The position numbers were made by a program, and so were the translations under genes. Positions 57,616 through 64,000 of a stretch of DNA of 64,000 bases are shown piece after piece. Source of the stretch: Tubulanus polymorphus (lineage: Eukaryota; Animalia; Nemertea). Position 1 is the first letter of the stretch, and each line of letters opens with the position of its first letter. The stretch covers positions 22,748,950-22,812,949 of the forward strand of contig NC_134029.1 of the NCBI RefSeq assembly GCF_964204645.1, in the 5' to 3' direction. The notes below the pieces were generated by a model, which had not been told where the DNA came from, ran no database searches, and worked only from the letters and a program-made list of their open reading frames with translations.

Positions 57616-59310
57616 CGAGACATTTTCATTTCGTTATTAATATAAACAGGTTCAACATTCAATGACAGCAGCAACAACAGCAAATTAATAACAGAAAAGA
57701 AAGGAAAAAAAATGTTTGAGTAATGAAAATAATTGAAAAGCCACGAAGAATTGAAGAAGTTCCATCTAATAAAGAGACTGTTTAAATGAATGATGGTGAT
57801 GTGTGAAGTTGATAATAAAGTAATAATTTTCACCAAACAACATAATCTTAAATATACTTGTATAAATGAAGTGGTTTCTTGCCACTACTTTCATTTGATT
57901 AAAGTAAACAATTTGTTGTGCAGATGATCACATCATATAGGTTTGAGTCCCTGACTGTTTAACTGGCACACTAAACTGGCATTTGAATTTTACAAAAAAA
58001 TATATGGCAGTGACTGAACGAACCAGCTACACGGCAACCTGTGGCTACAATAAAGGAAAGGCAATCAATTACAAATCATAGTCAAACTTGCTCGAGTCTT
58101 TATTGGACGTCGCATCTTTTTTTTTCTTTTTGCATAGCATCGCAATTTGTATTTTACCAATTCAATTCACTTCGCATTAGTCTTCATTTGGATAAGACGT
58201 CAACATATATATTTATGATCATCCAAATTACGACGGATTAAGCAAATTTGATTGTGCATTTTGGAAATAAATGGGTTGACCGGCAAAAAATTAATATTCG
58301 AAACACAATAACCTACGCTCGGCCCCCCTATTTCAGACGTCAATGCATCAACTGATAATTCATCAAAAGCACCAAATAATATTGTTGAACCAGTTTATGT
58401 AGTTCATAGTTTTACCATTTATAGAACCATAAGATATTAAACACACTCGATTAATTAAGCAGTAATTATGAAATTATCACAAATGCTTAACAAATGAATA
58501 TCTGCGAATAAGATCCGACAGTCTTCAATCGGAAAGAATTACTCATCTAATTGTACTCTATACCTAAATCGTGTTAATTCTAAAATGTAGCTTTTCTGTT
58601 GTTTTAGCTATTAATATTTCTATGTGTCGAATTCGATTTCTCTGTTCTCCAAAACAGGTTTTAGAGGGGCATTTCATTTTTACATCCACTCCTCTGAAAA
58701 TCAGCTACCCCTCATGAAACATCTGCTTCCCATACCAGAGTGAATGTCAATATTCAATCAATGCCGAGCTATGAAAGATTACACCAGAATTGAGCTTAAT
58801 TCTCAGTATTTTTTTGGAAGATCGAAAGCCTCGCTACTTCAACAGCCACGACGTCGTACACATAACAATGAATGCAGCCCGTTTAAAATCCCAGCAAATG
58901 GAGAACAATGAATGATCTTTAGGCGAACGCAAACATTTCTGGTAGATCGATCAATCAATCTCGGTGTTACGACATAATATCAACACAAACACTTAAGTAC
59001 TACTGTAGTTATATACTAAAGAAAGTTAATGCGTGTTTATAAATTTTGTTTATGAGAGAGTATCGATTATCTTTCAGAAAGTCAGTGAACACCGGGTAGT
59101 TCGATTTTCCATAGCCACGAGGTAAAACAACACAGTCAAGTCACTGGTGGTTCCACAGTTCGTGTCTGTTATTTTTCTTTCCACGTGCGTCCGATGAAGT
59201 ATATATTTGTTGAAGAATTCCACGTTTGGAGGGTATATCGAGTATGAGCAATGAGACAAAAAGAGCCAGTACAGAAAGAGAGATCTGGCAGATTTCAGTC
59301 AAAACAGGTT

Positions 59311-62300
59311 TCAGTAATCGCGTGATTGATAGAAAAGAATATATCCCGACTCTGAGTTCTTTTGCAGATCTGACGTCAGGCCATAGAAATCTTCAATGGC
59401 CGTAGCATCAATTTTCTACAAAAAAAGATTAGTTAAATTATTTAGGGTAGGATAGGAGTAATGTAGTAAATAGTAGAACTATCATCAAAGGCAGAAATGT
59501 GTTGATATGGGAGTTAACACCACGCAGAGGTTAGGAAGGGAATTCCACATGATGTGCGCAATGTCCCGAATGGACATCTGCCAAATGACTTCAGCCAATA
59601 TTTTCTGACTGCTGTGAAGTCTGATTCTAAGTCGACTCTATCCTGTTAACATTCTATACGCCTTACTATGACATTTTAGGGTTTCCAGTGGTAAGGCCAG
59701 GGTAAAAAGAAGTACTAAGAAAGACTTTTTCGGCAATTTTAGACCCAAAAGGAAGGACTTTTTGACTCCGATGTACTATCCGGTAAAATGAGGGCCCATA
59801 AAGGAGCATTTTTGCAATGCCTTTGCCCGAATACTAGTCATGTAGACCAGTCATATATTTTAGGGTAATTCCATAACACTCTCCTGTAGATTCAATCTTA
59901 CTGATAATTGAATTACCAGTAATTACCAGGTACTGAATACGGAAATACTTCAACGGTCGAATTCGCGACAAAAATACATAGAAATCAAATTTGGAAGGAC
60001 TTTCTTAGCCAAAGGAAGGACTTAGAGTCAAAAAGAAGGACAAAGATTATGTTTGTCCAAACTTTTTCCAAAAGAAGGACTTGGAAGGACCGCTGGAAAC
60101 CCTGTTATTGGATATAAATGAAAATATTAAGAAAATATTAGTCTTCTTTGTAGATTTAATCAGGACGAAGTTTTATACCCAGTAGTTCTCAGTCAATACT
60201 TGACTCCTACAGTTATATCATTTAAATTCAGAACTGGATCCTGTAGTTGCAGGGTGAACAGATACTTACATCCACTATATCATCATCGAACAACAACCAA
60301 AATCCATGACTTTTCACAATACTGATATAGTGACCACGATTAGGTCCGCTACCGCAGTGTATAACCACAGCTACGAGGTCGTACATTCTTTCAGGATTAC
60401 ACGCGTCATCTGACTGAAATTGTGAAAACTGCTGCTTATCATGTATCTGTCTTACTACGGAACCCTGACTTATAATGGCAGCTGATATTCAAATCTCATA
60501 AATCATTTTAACAGTTTTCCAAAACGTTTTTCTACAACTTACTGTATTAAATAGTCGTAATTCCAACGGAAACACAACTCTATATGAAAGTTTTGTATAT
60601 CTGTTCAGCTGCTCCATGTATTTGAAGCGTTTCAAATGTAGAGCGAGAATATTTGGCAGTTTCTTGACTCTCATTCTGAAAATGAGATGAAATTGATATA
60701 TCGACTATGAACTCGGCTTGTCTAATAAACAAAGCCTCGACGATTCTATCCATATCTCTTTTCAGGTACTCCACTGACCTCGCTACTTTGCCAAGTATCA
60801 AAGTTCATGTATAATAAAACGAAAATCAAGGCCTTTAAAAATGTACACATCTTATCTCTACATGGTCTTAAAGCCAGGTGTAGGTCGGCCTTGAAAATGC
60901 CAACTGTTGCAAATGATCACATAATGCCACAAGCCAACTTTCTAAAGAAACCTTACGTTTTTTAATACGTAAATATAATCTTTTATTACGAATACGAACC
61001 TTTTTTGTGCCTCTTGCTTGCTACAACAAACTTCACAGTAGTATTTATACTCCGCGCACAATGTCTCCGTGCTACTGAATCCGCGCAGACAATGCGTTAT
61101 CGATGTATTCTGTTCTACATCTACTGACAAATCCAGAAAATCTTCATCTTTGCTACTGACCTAGAATCGAATAAATAAATTCCTTTAATCCCCTTTCATT
61201 TGCATCATTAATCAGTCACTCATTAGTTGAATATATCATCGTATTATTCATGGGCCTAAACACTAGTATGATGTCCAATATAATCGCTTTGCAAAATGCC
61301 AGAAAGGGGAAAAGGCCCCCGAGTAAGATTTTATATTTTCACTTTCATACTTCACTAATTTTACACTGTGCTCAAATCAGTTTATCTAATACCCAGTAAA
61401 TACTGTAACTAACCGTTTCACAGTTAAGGCATCTTGTTTCGTTAGTTAACGTTCCTTGAAATATATCGTGAACCCACGTCGGATCTGGTTTTCGGTTACT
61501 GTTATTTGTGAACGTATCCGTGTTCTTTGGTTTGATAGTTTGTTGTTTTTCAGCTGGAAACCAATGATAGATCGATATTAAAGTGATTATCAAATAAAAA
61601 TTTCTACGTTTTTATCATTGCTTACAGCTCAACTGTCATCCAAGGTTCCTACAATTCCTGGTATCCAGAATTCAAGGACTTTTTAAGGAGTAATTTTCAA
61701 AATTCAAGGAGGTTTTCGCGGTCATATATAAGGAAAAAAAGTCGAAAATTCAAAAACAAAATCCCCGTTTTTCTCAAATTTTGATCAGTTGTGTGTGCCG
61801 TTTTGGTTTTACATGTCTAAATCTCAAAGTGAAACAACTTTCACTCACAAGTCACACAATGAGGTATAATAGAATACACTGTCTTCTGAAAAGGACCTTT
61901 TGAAAATTGTTAATAGGACTTTCCCAGAATTTAAGGAGTTTTAAGGAGTTTATGGATATTTCTCAAAATTAAAGGATTTTCAAGGACCTTGAAAAATATA
62001 TTCAAAAATCAAGGAGTTTTCAAGGATTCAAGGAGTTGTAGGGACCCTGAAACCACTATATTCGCTGATAGTCCAATACGGAAACACTTACCCTGTAAAA
62101 TATCAGCTACTGTATTCAGGAGATAGTTTAAAAATTCGTGCGCATCTTGTTGCATATAATTATCGAATAGTTCTGAAAATTAAGGCGTTTTTTGTTTAAT
62201 TCAACACAAATTCATGTTACAGCGCCTTTAAAAATCAGGGAATCCAAAATATATCCTGCTATTTCCGCGTCCAAAAATTCCCCGAAGTGGCATCCTCCCT

Positions 62301-63782
62301 CGGCAGCGGGGAACCCGATAGCATCGCTAGACTTAGCCACAACCCTGCCACACTTGACCGGGTGCACAGGTGTGCCAAACAAAAACTTGCACCAATCAGA
62401 TTGCCCATTGTGTGATCTGTGACTGAGGCAAATTTCACGGAACTATAAGTGAGAAAACGCGGGTATAAATAAAACAGGATATCTGATTGGTTAAAAATGA
62501 CATCATCTAAGCTACCCGTCTACCGGTCGGGTATGTGCGCACTCAGTCTACTGTGTGGCAGGGTTCCGTATTGTGGCGAGTCTCGATGCCATCAGGTTCA
62601 GATGATCCCTACCAGGGGAGGATGTGAAGTGAGTGCTGTTTCCTTTCCAAGAGATCTCTTGTCAATAGTTACCACCAAGTACAACAAGAGAAGAAAAAAG
62701 TAAGTCTGGATTTCTCAGATCTGTAAGAGCCCTGATATTCATATTTTTCATTTTTTTTGTGATTTGCGACAACTATTTTTTAATTACCATTCTCTTTCCG
62801 TAATCTTTGGATGAACTTTTTCGGCGCGATAGTGCCAACCTTTTTCTTCTGAGTGGCGATGTTGTAGAACAAATCAGCCAGACACGTTAATAACGTTTCC
62901 TTCTTCTGGTTTTTCTGCTGCTGTTTATAATGCAAAACTTTCTCCCGAAACGGGCGACAAAAATATAAAGCCTGCAGCACAGAATTACAGTAACACGTGT
63001 TCCCGAACTGAAAAACGAAAGTGAAACTTCGACAATTGATTTGACCTAATTTATAGTTGAGCGAATAATTGAAGGAATCTTGAAATCCCAGCTGAAATAA
63101 CTTACATTCACCAGCCCAAAATAATGCTCATTGGCTGGGAATTGTTCTGATCCTATTTCCTTCTCCAGCTGCGAGGCATTGGCTCCCTAAAATAAACATG
63201 AATGAAGATTATAGCAAATAATCAGCCATTATTGATAGGCTAGCACGGCAGTATTAAAAGGTAAATCACACTTTTGTACCCCCTCCCAAACATTTTCATT
63301 TCTACATGATATGAATCAAAGGAGTCTTTCTACATGATATGAATCAAAGGAGTCTGGAGAATCAAAATGAATTACTTTTAATCAAAAACTTAACATCTTT
63401 ATGAGATTTTAGTAATTTTGGCTAGCCTATACTAATGAGTAGGCTATATAGTACTACTCACTCTATCATCATTATTATACACTAAAGACTTTGTAGTAAT
63501 AATAATTTATCTGAAATCTATATTGATCGGGTTCTAGAACATGGTATTGGTAGGGTCAGGAAAAAAAGAGAAACAGAAAAGAACTAAAGAAGTGGCCTAA
63601 TTGACAAGGGAAGAAAGTTCAGGATTTCATCAGTTTTTTGCCTGTTTTCACCCTTCTAAATCAACCCTATAAAACGGGTCTTCAAAACTTTCTGTGTATC
63701 TTACGTATATATTCAACGATGGTGCCCATTGCATTTGAAGTGATGCGCACCAATTCCACCCAGATCAACGAGAACTTACCAT
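59311..63782 (-). CDS. USP46: Ubiquitin carboxyl-terminal hydrolase 12/46, multi-exon
   Basis: M|[49 protein letters not shown] (Cys box), [30 protein letters not shown] (His box), WLLFDDD and [14 protein letters not shown]. Represents the USP12/USP46 family. Confidence 0.95.
59677..60104. mobile_element. Non-autonomous hAT-like element in a USP46 intron
   Basis: Inverted ends TAGGGTTTCCAG ... CTGGAAACCCTG with repeated subterminal GAAGGAC motifs; no TSD seen. Confidence 0.5.
61641..62049. mobile_element. Non-autonomous hAT-like element in a USP46 intron
   Basis: Inverted ends CAAGGTTCCTACAA ... TTGTAGGGACCCTG with many TTCAAGGA subterminal repeats; no TSD seen. Confidence 0.55.
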
Positions 63783-64000
63783 TTTATTTCGAATGCACGA
63801 AAGCATCACAAGCTTGCGCTCTTTACGTCGATAGTCGCCATCTTTGACATGTGTTCTCGAGTACGGATTGAACGCGCCAGGATTCCATAGTCTAAACAAC
63901 ACCTGGGCCGTCACCGTATAAAATGAGAATCCCTTTACGAAACGAGTGTCGCGCGCCCGATCTCGCTCGCTACGCGCCCGGACGCGCGGTCGGTGCGATT

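Overview
This is gene-dense, AT-rich genomic DNA from an invertebrate animal, with many short GT-AG introns. Host genes in order: SKOR/Fussel (+), CKS1 (+), RPL4 (-), TTC23 (-), MAT2B (+), NOL6 (-), an unannotated 84-aa membrane microprotein (+), a Torso/RET-like FN3 receptor tyrosine kinase (-), a divergent DEG/ENaC channel (-), TERT (+, apparently ending right after RT motif E) and USP12/46 (-). The main feature is a 12.3-kb Mutator-like (MULE) DNA transposon at 8482-20821, with 44-bp TIRs (43/44 identical) and a perfect 9-bp TSD (TGTCCGACC). It sits in the 5' UTR of RPL4, between the native TCT/TOP initiator and the ATG. Read outward, its TIR end resembles the displaced initiator (CTTTCAACCTTTTGC vs native CTTTCTCTCTTTTTCA) and has a CRE upstream. 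By inference, the element may supply a replacement promoter for the gene it interrupts. It encodes one 12-exon protein of about 2250 aa: SGNH hydrolase, C2H2, Ulp1/C48 protease, S/T/E repeats, GATA finger, MULE DDE, SWIM, two C2H2 fingers and a PHD finger. The frame is broken only by a single -1 shift at a G6 run. Exon structures and domains were read by eye; no database searches were run.
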